DNA of 64,000 nucleotides, taken from positions 53,506,001-53,570,000 of the forward strand of contig OX597819.1 of the NCBI GenBank assembly GCA_951406725.2. Direction: 5' to 3'. Position 1 is the first letter of the stretch. Each line of letters begins with the position of its first letter. Below, one piece after another: positions 53,228 through 64,000 of the stretch. Origin of the DNA: Octopus vulgaris. Taxonomy: Eukaryota. The translations under genes were made by a program, and so were the position numbers. A model generated the notes under the pieces. It was given only the letters and a program-made list of their open reading frames with translations. It was not told the origin of the DNA and searched no databases.

Positions 53228-53440
53228 GCAGCAAGCTGGCAGAATCGTTAGTACACTGGATGAAATACTTAGTGGTATTTCGCCCATCACTATGTTCTGG
53301 GTTCAAATTCTGCCAAGGTTGGCTTTGCCTTTAATCCTTTTGGGGTCAATAAGTTAAGTACCAGTAACACACAGGGGTCAATATAATCAACTAGTCTCCT
53401 CCCCTAAGTTTCAGGCCTTGTGTCTATAGAAGAAAGGATT
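53228..53440 (+). mobile_element. SINE family B
   Basis: ggcagcaagctggcagaatcgttag head and ctttgccttt core. Confidence 0.75.
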
Positions 53441-53677
53441 ATAACATGACATAAAAACAAACATTAATATATATATATATATATATGCACACACATACAT
53501 AAGAAATGCCTAATAAATTTATGAGCGTGTGTTTTTTAGAAGAAAAACATCTATCCTCACTCGTATTGCAACTCTTCTACTCAACTGGGGCCTTATTGAC
53601 CCTGAAAGGATTAAAGGCAAAGCTGACCTCAGCGGGATATGAACTCACTACTACATAACACTATAGATCTTTCATGC

Positions 53678-54207
53678 AATCAGATCTGGACACAATGCAA
53701 CAATGAATCACAGACTGGCAACTGAAGCTGACTGTGGACAAGAGTACTACCATGCATTTTGGGAGGAAAGCTCTGACGTCTGGCAACTGACTTGGTAAAC
53801 ACCCACAAAATTATTAACCATAGTGCTAACAACCACCTTGAGAACCTTTTTGAGCTCCATGTGTCTAACATATGTGGGCACGTCTACAGAAAATAGCACA
53901 GCTCCAATGACTTTTGGAAACATTTTTTCACACTCAGAGTTACTGAAACATGGAACAAATTACTTGCATCAGTTGTTATTTGCCGAGACATTGCATCCTT
54001 TAAACCTCCATGCTTCCTGAGATTCACCAACTCTACACCTGATATCCCCACCTCTATACGCGTGCACACATGTATATCACAACTCATACACTGTTCACTT
54101 TCCTGACTTTTGTACATAATTCTATGTACGATACATGCACCTTTGATGAGTTGTAGTGCACCTGAGCACTATACACAATAATTTCATTATTATTTTATTA
54201 TTATTAT
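53678..54207 (+). mobile_element. CR1-clade LINE 3' fragment with an internal deletion
   Basis: QSDLDTMQQ*ITDWQLKLTVDKSTTMHFGRK followed by HFFTLRVTETWNKL; (ATT)n tail. Confidence 0.7.
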
Positions 54208-55352
54208 AAAGAGCTGTAATGAAATTATGTAGGCAATTTTCCCAACACTTTCATGATTCTACAAATCCACTGTTGCCAAGCACTATTGTCACACCATTCA
54301 AGTCATCAAACAGAGAAATAATAGGCTGAAACTATATTTGACTAAATTGCAATACATAATTTCAAAGATATGAATAAGAGAATTTTACAGAATTACATTT
54401 ATTGTATATTTAGCCTTTTAATCTTCTTAAGAATGAAGAACTATAATCAGTGACATAGCTATGCGATTAAGAAGTTTGCTTCCCAGTCACATGGTTTCAG
54501 GTTCATTTCTAATGCATAGCACCTTGAGCAAGTGTCTTCAACTATTAGCCTTGGATCACTCAATGACTTGTGAGTGAATCTGATAGAATAAAATTGTGTG
54601 GAGGTTCAGTGTGTGTATGTATGTGTGTGAGTATGTATGTGTGTATGTATGTGTGTGTGTGAGTTGAATATCTCATAAATCTTTAACATACATAACAGTA
54701 TTAAATGCGTGATTGCCGCCTATCTGAAACGTCTCACATCCCCTAAACTTAATACGAACTTATTTATACTGGCAAACATTTACTGATTTCACCTCACCCT
54801 CCATAAGTTTAAAAGGATTCTACTCTTTATATAAAATATAAAACAGTAATATATCATAATTTATTTATTCTATCGATTATTTTCTCGCAGTCAGTGTTTT
54901 CTTGGTGAAAAAAAAAACACTCATACAAATGAGCGCCAAAATTATTAACAAATTTTTATTTCCAAACGCAGAATAATAACATCACGATCACATTTCCATT
55001 TCAAAAGCAGCTAACTCAAATACAATTCTATAAATCGAAAATAATTTTCTTTTTCATTGTAATCTGGAATTGTTTTCTGATTTCATAAAAGAAAGTAACA
55101 AACAAAAAATATTTATTAATCGTCCTTCGGCATGTGTAATTTAGGGTTGTTTCCCCTACATAAAATAATCTCTAGAGTTAATTCCCTTGCACTATAAACT
55201 TATCGTAATTTCGTTTATGCAACGCAATTGTTTGAATTTGATAAATTTATTGTTTTTACACTGATGTTTATCAAATTATTTGTTTGATTTTTAATTTTGG
55301 ATTTAGAAAGGGGAGTAATATATTTAAAAAATGAGTGGTTAACATGTTTTCT

Positions 55353-55884
55353 GTATGATATTCCAAAAAGTCTCCTGAAACATTCATCTCCGTAGCTTGA
55401 ATTCTTTCGATTTCTGCTGTCAGTGTCCATGTCTCACAGGCGTACAGGAATCCTAATTTTGGAGCACAGTGAGATATTTCTGTCTTTCCACAGTCTTCTG
55501 AATTTGGTCATTGCTGCGGTTGTTTTGGCAATGCAGGATATCACTTCAGGCTTGGAACCTTGGATACTTACCAACACCCCAAGAGGTCGTATCACAAACG
55601 AGGATGTGAAAAGAAAAAAATAAGGCAGGCAATAGGGCCCTATAAGGAACTTCTTACCACAGTAAAGAAATGCAAGCTCAGGTGGTTTGGGCATGTCACC
55701 CACTCACCAGGGATGGCCAAAATAATCCTTCAGGGAACAGTCAAAAATGGCACAGAAAAGGTGGGAACATAACATCTATGAGTGGACAGGCTTAAAGATG
55801 AGAGACGGGTGAAGGGATATGGTCGCAAAGTCATTAGTGGTAGTGAAGTCAGTGAGACGACGGGATAGGTAATATGTAATATAA
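55353..55884 (+). mobile_element. RTE-clade LINE 3' insertion with an inverted 5' segment
   Basis: 55353-55583 on the minus strand encodes LGVLVSIQGSKPEV...FRRLFGISYR; from 55582 the plus strand encodes RITNEDV...KLRWFGHV; 13-bp TSD with one mismatch. Confidence 0.8.
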
Positions 55885-56317
55885 TAATATGTTTTCTAAC
55901 GGAATTCCTATGACGGTGAATTGACCAAGTCGTAAGAGCGTTAGGAGAAATACCTCACGTGTTTGTTCCGGCTCATTGAGTACTAAGGTTCAAATCCCGC
56001 TGAGATGAATTTTGCCTTTTCACCTTTACTGATTGATAGAACTGTTTGAGCCTCAGAGAAAATGGTTTGTAGTATTTATTCGAATTTTTTGCCATTTGAA
56101 TTCTTGAGTAGTAGACTTAATCCGTTACCTGTTTTAACACCATCGCCTGGTCTTTGGGTGCCTTTAAGCAGAATTCACTCTGTGACTAGCATTTAGGCTA
56201 GATTTAAGGTTTGAGGATACCGCCTGACTCCCTCCCAGCCTACTACTAGCTTAGAAAGCACTGAAAAGGGGGTCAAGGACACCGATCTCCCTTTCCTGAA
56301 CAAGTTTTTTTTTTAAA

Positions 56318-56746
56318 GGCTTGACTGTGTGGTAAGGAGCTTGCTTCCCAACCACATGGGCCTGGATTCAACCCCACTGCGTGGCACCTTAGGCAAGTGT
56401 CTTCTATGGGCTTACCAAAGCCTTGTGAGCGGATCTGGTGGATGGAAACTGAAAGAAGCCCATCGTAGATACACACACATATATATGTATACATGTATGA
56501 ATGAATCTATGTGTGTGTCTTTGTGTCTATGTTTGTCCCCCTACCACCACTTGACAACTGGTGTTGGTATGCTTATGTCCCCATAACATAGCGGTTCATC
56601 AACAAAGACCAGTAGAATAAGTACCTTACTTTTAAAAAAAATATTAAGTCCTGGATGAGCAGGTGACATGGGGTCGATTTGTTCAACTAAAAACGCTTCA
56701 AGGCAGTGCCCCAGCATGACCACAGTCAGGTGACCGAAAGAAGTAA
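56318..56746 (+). mobile_element. SINE family A
   Basis: Collinear with 8598-8989. Confidence 0.8.
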
Positions 56747-57710
56747 AAAAAGAAAAACCAGCAGATTTCAGCAAAGTGACTTTATACTAATCACTGAGGT
56801 GGCCATTTTCTGGATACTGTGATAGGTATCTGTGTATATAGTCATAGCACCGTTCCAGAATGCAAAGGTGATATTTCATTATGCACTTCATCTGAGCTTT
56901 GTAGATTATTGATAATTGTTAGGAACTGAAATATCTTCTGACCTTGAGGAGAAGGTCTGTTAAATTCCCTTTAACTTTTTTAATTTAGTTCATCATTATC
57001 ATCATCGGTGGGAGTGGTCACTCCCCTTGCTCCCCTATTAACTATGCCACTGCCCTTGCTTACCTTTAGCAGAACCCCCACTACTGCAAGGACTTCAGCC
57101 TTAAGCTAAATAGATATCTGAATAGTAATCCATGAGCTATTGTTACTGTTTCTTTCCTTTATACCAGTCTCTGAAGCTCTGCAAAGTTCAACATTGTTGT
57201 TCTTTCTCCCCTGACTACATTTTTATGGTTTAGTCAGAGGAGAAAGGATATCAGTCATGAATTTAAAAAGTCACACTATAACAGCAGCAACAAAGTTTGA
57301 ACTAATAACAGGGAACAAATATTTGGGAGAAATTTATGGCAGGTCATAAAAAAAGAACCCCAAGTCACCAAATGTAATATAGAAGGGAATGTTGCATGTG
57401 AGATTATTAAATAAGAAATATATATCATCATTTAATGTCCACCTTCCATGCAGGCATGGGTTGGATGGTTTGACAGGAGCTAGACAGGTAGAAAACTACC
57501 CCAGACTACTGTGTCTGTTTTAGCAGGGTTTTTATGGTTGAATGTCCTTCCTAACACCAACCACTCAGAGTGGACTGAGTGCTTTTTACATATCACCAGC
57601 ACAGGCGAGGTCAGTTTGGGTAAGATTTTTACAGCTGGATGCCTTTACAGTGTACTGTTCCATGATGGCAAGACAACAAAAAAGCACTCCATCCGGTGAG
57701 AGATAGATAG

Positions 57711-58073
57711 TATTTAATAAACACAGTATATATACTTTTATGAGCTACAAAAGTATATATACTGAAAACAACCCAGACAGTATTTTATAGAACATCTGGT
57801 GCCTTCACTCATTCCTCAGGCTCTGCTCACATGGCATAACTAGCTAAAACAGGATGATAGGTTGTGAGAAAATAAGATAAAAAGCAAGAAGGAAGTAGAT
57901 GTTGTTTTATCACATCTCCGTCCTGTCATCCTATTTTAGCTTGTTATGCTGTGTGGGCAGAGTCTGACGATTGCATAGAGGCACCAGACATTATAAAATG
58001 CTGTCTGAGTTGTTTTTCATCGCATGAAACTATTAGTAGCTCATAAAAATATATATACTATATTTCTTAAATA
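57711..58073. repeat. Foldback element / MITE with ~165-bp imperfect inverted arms
   Basis: Left arm aaaacaacccagacagtattttata...gcataactagctaaaacaggatgatagg pairs with right arm cctgtcatcctattttagcttgttatgc...tataaaatgctgtctgagttgttttt. Confidence 0.85.
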
Positions 58074-58625
58074 ATAATTAGATTTATATATTGGAAAGCT
58101 GTTAAAATGCATTAGAGATATGTTTGTTAGGAATGAATATAAAGATGAGCATATTTAATACAGGTGTATCCCTGTCATCTGTTTTAAGTGCTTAGGTGTA
58201 AATGAGCTATATATAAGACTTGTGTGTTTGCTAAATATACATCAGTATTGCTGTTTCCTATGATGTGCATGTGAAAAGGAGAATTAGCATGAATTAGCAT
58301 GGTAGTAAATGTGAATGTAAGAGAGAGGTAAGAATATAGAATATGTCCTTTATAACCTCTGGTGAGGTAGAGCTTCAGCAACATTAAAACAACTCTGTAT
58401 AGAAATCCAAATTGAAACTTATTTATCAAAGATATGTTGGATGTTCCCGAATGTTCTGTTTGCTTTTTTGTGTGAAAACAAAGGCAGGTCTTTGAAGTTA
58501 ACTAACAATTTACCACAACCATCACAAGATATAATTAGTTGAAATAAACACCAGAAAGTGTTTCCTGCCTGCAAAGGTTGTTTAGCACATGGAACTTTGA
58601 CTAAAAACAACACCATAGTCTAGAT

Positions 58626-59194
58626 CAGTGGTTCTCAACTGGGGTCCATATAAGATTTTTGGAGGTCCAAGCAAGAAAATAATAAATCAGGTATCCATAA
58701 TAGTATTTTAAGGAGCCCTGATAAAATTCTGCTTTAAATGGTGTTGGAGAAGACTTTTATGGATTCCATGGTCAGCGAGGCTCACCAATGGAGAAGTTCT
58801 TAAGCAGATCAGGCCAAAAATTTTGCTAGAAGCTAGGATCACCAAGCATAGATTGGCATATTTCGGTCATATTATGTGGAAAAAATCCCTGGAGAAGGAC
58901 ATCATGCTAGGAATGGTCAGTGACAAGAGAGGAAGAGGCCGACCAAGAACCCGCTGGCTTGACACCATCAAGAGGGATACCGGAATGGACATAGCCAATC
59001 TGAAAGAAATGGCCCAGGATAGAACTGACTGGAGGACACTGATCCAACGAGTGACCGAGAGTCGACTTCAACTGAGCAGACAGATAGAGATCTATAAAAT
59101 TAGTTTTTATACCTTGAATGGTTATGGGTGTCTTCCAGAATAAAATAGTAATCAAAGGGTCCATAGATAAAAACAAGATAGTTGAGAATCTCTG
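58626..59194. mobile_element. hAT (Charlie-like) MITE carrying a LINE insertion
   Basis: TIRs CAGTGGTTCTCAACT / AGTTGAGAATCTCTG; flanks GTCTAGAT / ATCTAGAC fit the NTCTAGAN target consensus. Confidence 0.8.
58736..59088 (+). mobile_element. RTE/BovB-like LINE 3' fragment
   Basis: WCWRRLLWIPWSARLTNGEVLKQI...LAYFGHIMWKKSLEKDIMLG...RGRGRPRTRWLD...RVTESRLQLS. Confidence 0.88.
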
Positions 59195-59494
59195 ATCTAG
59201 ACAGAGCTATTAGAGGTTCGATTTTGAATGAAATTGATGACAAGCTATCAATAAACTGAAAGTAATCTGAGACAGCATAACAAACAAGGTTTGAAAATAT
59301 TAGGAAACCCGTAACCTTTTATCTGACAGCAAAACATTAAGTGATACATTAACCTAAAACCTGCACTTAAACACCCACTGATGCTTACTTGATAAATGAT
59401 ACATAACATTGTAAAGCAAAATAATATAACAATGCTTTATTGGGTTATACTTAAAAGTGTAGAGTCTTTATTTGTATGAAATGAAATACATATT

Positions 59495-59711
59495 GTGGAA
59501 GGTGTTTGCAAGCCATTTAAGAAACACACAAAAGCCGTTTGATTCACTTCAACATTTAAGTTTAATTTAGGTCGCGGTCTTAAAGCGACGAAAATATTTT
59601 GACAAATTAAACTTAAATGTTGAAGTGAATCGAACGGCTTTTGTGTGTTTCTTAAATGGCTTACAAACACCTTCCACGCTGCAATTGTTTTCGTTTCAGC
59701 ACATGATCTCA
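59495..59711. mobile_element. Short insertion forming a 74-bp near-perfect inverted repeat, flanked by a 14-bp direct repeat
   Basis: Arms 59495-59568 and 59604-59677 with two differences; gaaatacatattgt at 59483-59496 and 59712-59725. Confidence 0.85.
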
Positions 59712-59821
59712 GAAATACATATTGTTAATTGTTTTAGAAGTTATGTCTTACAGAGCATGGTATAAAAATTTAGACATTGAGATATTCATTAACTTATTTT
59801 TATTTATTATCATTATTATTA

Positions 59822-60298
59822 AGGTGGCAAGCTGGTAGAGTTGTTAGCACACCAGACCAGATGCTTAACAGCCTTTCTTCCTGCTTTAGTCCTAAGTTCA
59901 AATTCCAACAAGGTCGACTTTGCCTTTCAAGGTTGATAAAATAAGTACCATTTGAGCATTGGGTCAATACATTGATTAGTCCCTTTCCCCAAAATTTCAG
60001 GCCTTGTGACTATAGTAGAAAGAATTATCATTATTATCTGTCCCTTTCATCCTTTACCCTGGTAGCAAATAAAAGAAATCATTATTATTATTAAAGCAGA
60101 GAGCTGACAGAATTGTTTGCACACCGGGTAAAATGCTTAGCAGTATTTTGTTTATTTTTATGTTCCAAGTTCAAATTTGACTTTGCTTTTCTTCATTTCA
60201 GGGCCTATAAAATAAGTACCAGTTGAGCACTGGGGTCGATTTAATCAACTTAGCCCCTCCCCCCAAAATTGCTGGCCTTGTGCCAAAATTTGAAACCA
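59822..60298 (+). mobile_element. Two SINE family B copies
   Basis: aagctggtag/agagctgacag heads and gactttgc...aagtacca cores. Confidence 0.75.
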
Positions 60299-60689
60299 TT
60301 GTTATTATTATTATTATTTTATAGATTCATGCAAGTTTCTACTACACCACCTCGTACACCTCCATGTTCCTGAGGTGTGTGCAGTGTTGTGTTGTTATCT
60401 TTGTGGTAATTGGAAGGGTGTAAACTTCTCCTGTTGCTCTACTACAGCAGTTTATGGGGATTTGGTTTCTGGTCATATCAGTGTTATGTTCTGTTCAACA
60501 TAGTGTGTGTGATGTGAGTTGTGTTATTTTATTGGGCCTTAATCTTGTATATGTCACATGAGTTTGTGGTGTTTCAGATTATTAGGGGCTTAATGTATAG
60601 GGTGTGTGTTGTGTGTGAAGGTGGTTCTATTTGAGTTATTCTATTGAATTGTAATCATCATCATTTTTATGTTAATATAAAGGAGGCAA

Positions 60690-61105
60690 GGGCAGTGTGC
60701 TGGTAGAAATGTTAGCACGCCGGGCGAAATGCTCAGCAGTATTTCGTCTGTCGCTACGTTCTGAGTTCAAATTCCGCTGTGGTCGACTTTGCCTTTCATC
60801 CTTTCGGGGTCGATTAAATAAGTACCAGTTACACACTGGGGTCGATATAATCGAATTAATTCATTTGTCTGTCCTTATTTGTCCTCTCTGTGTTTAGCCC
60901 CTTGTGGGTAGTAAAGAAATAGATATTTCGTCTGCTGTTACGTTCTGAGTTCAAATTCCACCGAGGTCGACTTTGCCTTTCACCCTTTTGGGGTTGATTA
61001 AATAAGTACCAGTTACACACTGGGGTTGATGTAATCAACTTAATCCCTTTGTCTGTCCTTGTTTGTCTCCTCTATGTTTAGCCCCCTGTGGGTAATAAAG
61101 AAATA
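60690..61105 (+). mobile_element. SINE family B head-to-tail dimer
   Basis: The second unit restarts at tatttcgtctg (about 60924); flanked by aata(t/c)aaaggaggcaa at 60674-60689 and 61106-61121. Confidence 0.85.
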
Positions 61106-61507
61106 AATACAAAGGAGGCAAACAATTTCCATTGCTATTTTAGGTCCTTTTAGATAGAAAAGTTGAGATAATTAATGAGGCAAAATAGTAATTAGGATTT
61201 ATCTTTAAATATTTTAGATTTGTGATTAAAAGAAGTAAGAATGCAAAGGACATGGTATCCAAAACATTGTAGCTTTGGAAAGAAAGGATTAGAAAATGTC
61301 TTGAGTGGAAGGATTGAGAGTAAATAGGTAAGGAAAAGGGAAAATATTTCACCAGAAAATACATCAAAGATCTATTTTGCAAAGGAACTAGAAATATCTT
61401 ATCACTTTTCAATTTTTTAAACTTTGCTTTATCTTTAATTTATTAATTATATTTTTGATTACTTTCAAACACCAGTTATTCATTTAGTTGAGATTTATAC
61501 ATATATA

Positions 61508-62073
61508 TTGGGTTGTCCGGAAAGTTTGTGCCGATTTTTAAAGGAAAGAAACAGGTCAATAAATACTTGCCATTACATTTTTAATCAACCAAATATGAAC
61601 CATTTTGTTGCGCAATGCATCTCCATCTTTCCTTTAACTTGAAAATACCCTCTTCCCAGAACTGTGGTGGTTTCATGGCAAAGAATTCATCAAGGTATCT
61701 TTTTACGTCATCCAAGGAATTGAAATTTTTACCATTAAGACTATTCTGCAGAGACCTGAATAAGTGGAAATCTGAAGGAGTAATATCTGGTGAATATGGA
61801 GGATGGGGTAACACATCCCAGCCGAGCTGCAGCAATTTTTGTCTGGTTCCCAAAGCATCAAGTGCCGAAAATGAACTTTCTTATCTTCCATTTTAAAGGG
61901 TTACAGAATTAACACAGGTTATAGGAACATAAACCTTCTTCCACGAAAAGATAGCTTAAACTGTGCTCTAAATGGAGGTGTAGTCAAATCCTATTTCATG
62001 GACTTAACCATGTTCTAAAATAAGTCGAAAGGTAAGGTACTATAAATTGGCATGAACTTTCCAGACAACCCAA
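61508..62073 (-). mobile_element. Internally deleted mariner (mellifera-like) with intact TIRs
   Basis: TA-TTGGGTTGTCCGGAAAGTT...AACTTTCCAGACAACCCAA-TA; N-terminus MEDKKVHFRHLMLW joined directly to the C-terminal TRQKLLQLGWDVLPHPPYSPDITPSDFHLFRSL...NGSYLVD. Confidence 0.92.
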
Positions 62074-62499
62074 TATTTTATTTTATTTTATTTTATTTTA
62101 TACCAGTGTGTTTTGTAACTGTATTATCCAAGAAGGGATGGGCTAAACCATTATAATATGAGTCACATATTGTTTGAATAATAACAAAACCAATTACTGA
62201 TATTTTGAATGCATTTAGTATGTACATTTCAAATGGTTATGTAACATAATGTTATACAGATAGCCATTCTTTTCAGTCACTTGTAATAACTGAACAGAGT
62301 AGACAGCTACAAAGTACAAGTGGTAATGACATAGCCACAAAGGTTTGACATCTCCTACTCTTCTTATTACTGCAATTTCATGTTTTTGGGGTGTGTGGAT
62401 AGATTAACAAATTTTGTTCAAGTTGCTCAGAATTTGTGCAGAACTCCCCAGTTTTTAACACTTTAAGCAATCACTTAATTAGCCTAGCATATATCATTA

Positions 62500-62960
62500 G
62501 TCCTGGAAGTGACCCTTAGATTTTGTAGCCCTATCTACAATATCCTTATCTATATGTCACCACCTGCCTGGAGCCTTTGAATCATCAACAGATCTAGCCG
62601 GTGGCATGTAGCAAGTTGTCTTGTAGAAACTTCCAGGTGTCTTTTATTTTACAGGTCCCAGCTTCTGACCCCTTCTTGACATCTGTTTCAACTAGTACTT
62701 CCCTGAAACTGTCTAGTAGGGAGGTCTTTCAGATTCTATATCTTCTGTCCTAAGAATGGCTTGTGATTCTGGATCCATCTAAGTTAACCACTTGACTATG
62801 TTGAGAAGTATATTCTTCAGCAAGTTAAGACTTGGTATTCACAACTAACTGTCCATCTGGTTTCCTCTTGAATATAACTTTAACTGGCTTGTCTGTTTGT
62901 CTGAGAAGTAGATGATCAGTTGGTTGGACATTTTGGTACATTCCTGAAGTCAGAGAGTCA
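62500..62960 (-). mobile_element. Decayed RTE-LINE fragment (endonuclease-RT linker)
   Basis: Minus strand TWKFLQDNLLHAT resembles WEFLQDSLL at about 34710. Confidence 0.55.
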
Positions 62961-64000
62961 GTTCATAGACACACACACACTGCAGACAGACAGACAGACA
63001 CACACACACAGATACATACATACATACATACATACACATACTCAAGCATGCACACACACACTTAGCTGTTACTCTGTAGTAAGTATGATGACCTGATTGC
63101 TCAAAATAAGTTCAATATGCTTGGGAATTGTCAAAGACATGCTTTAATTTTTCTGAAACTGAATAAAATAAATAAAATAATGATGAATACATATGTACTT
63201 GTACATGATGAATAAAATGGATGATAATAATGATAATGTGGTATAAATAAAATGACAAATGTTTTGGTGCTTGACTTTTGTCCCACCCTATATACACATA
63301 CACCCATGCACACACTCACATAATATACTAACTTAAAAGCTGCACTCAGTATGGACTTTTAAGCTAGCTCCTGCAGAGGACTAATTGGGCCTACAACCCA
63401 AAACTAAATAGCATGGCTATAATATGTATATAAAAACTATATGCTTCGGTGGTGTTTGATCAGAGGTTAAAGATGGATGAGAATTAATTCTGTAATACAA
63501 TCATTCTATTGTTCCAGTCCCAAGTTGAATTCCATCTGTTGGTTTATTTGTAGCAGCACAAACAGCCAGCACCATATTGGATGAGATCTCGCGGCAGCCA
63601 TTGTCATCTCCGAGACTGGAGTGAGACCTCACCTGCATCCATTTGCCATGCGCGAAATCACAACGAGGCTCATGATGGAGAAAACTATATAAACAGGAAA
63701 CCGATTCAGACCAGCCTCTTTTGGTGCCATTTACATCACAGCATTGATTGAACACCAACACTGGCAGAGCCCTCTGCCTGTCTATCTCCAGTGGCTATGC
63801 ACCCACACTATTGGAGCTTGAGATGGTAGCTGAGAGCAGCACACTTCACCTTTCTTGTAAATAAACCAGTTGTAAATAGCAGATGTACTTGAAGTTCTTT
63901 CTCTTCACCTGCCGAAAGCCTGAACTACATAAAAAACAAGATGAATGATGGGAGGAGATGATATTCCTTTGATATCATAAACATTGCCTTCCATTTATAA

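Overview
Eukaryotic, AT-rich, repeat-dense animal genomic DNA. The SINE, RTE-LINE and (TA)n/(CA)n repertoire suggests a coleoid cephalopod, probably Octopus; this is inferred from recalled repeat families and was not checked. One host gene is supported: the 5' part of the nonsense-mediated-decay factor SMG5 on the minus strand. Five coding exons (49554-49487, 6859-6761, 4981-4858, 4412-4256, 1639-1532) join through GT-AG sites with matching phases into 185 codons: MKKAGQKKDEVKPEVDKARRVYRAALDAIRRLDDLLQQKRAYRNVFTQDAVGLRNKLKYYCERLMFYNPIDYGRKAEEVLWRKVFYDIIQLVKRNKRHIRPHGSLETAFRTHLAAATGYYYHLLLRLQTEFCLQLDGKLDFPVVPDHSTGKKSQLHNSKKKEVSITVQEWALGACHRCLVYLGDI. The gene continues past position 1. Intron 1 is 42.6 kb and filled with RTE LINEs, three SINE families, DD37D (maT) and other Tc1/mariner remnants, and piggyBac- and hAT-type MITEs. 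Most interesting observations: candidate NMD self-regulation features in SMG5 (an overlapping uORF in strong context and SINE-derived poison-exon candidates); a minimal hammerhead ribozyme on the sense strand of intron 1; a perfect 7 x 39 bp amplification of a transposon terminus; a twin-primed 5'-inverted RTE insertion; and several long hairpins. Repeat boundaries are approximate unless a TIR or TSD is given.
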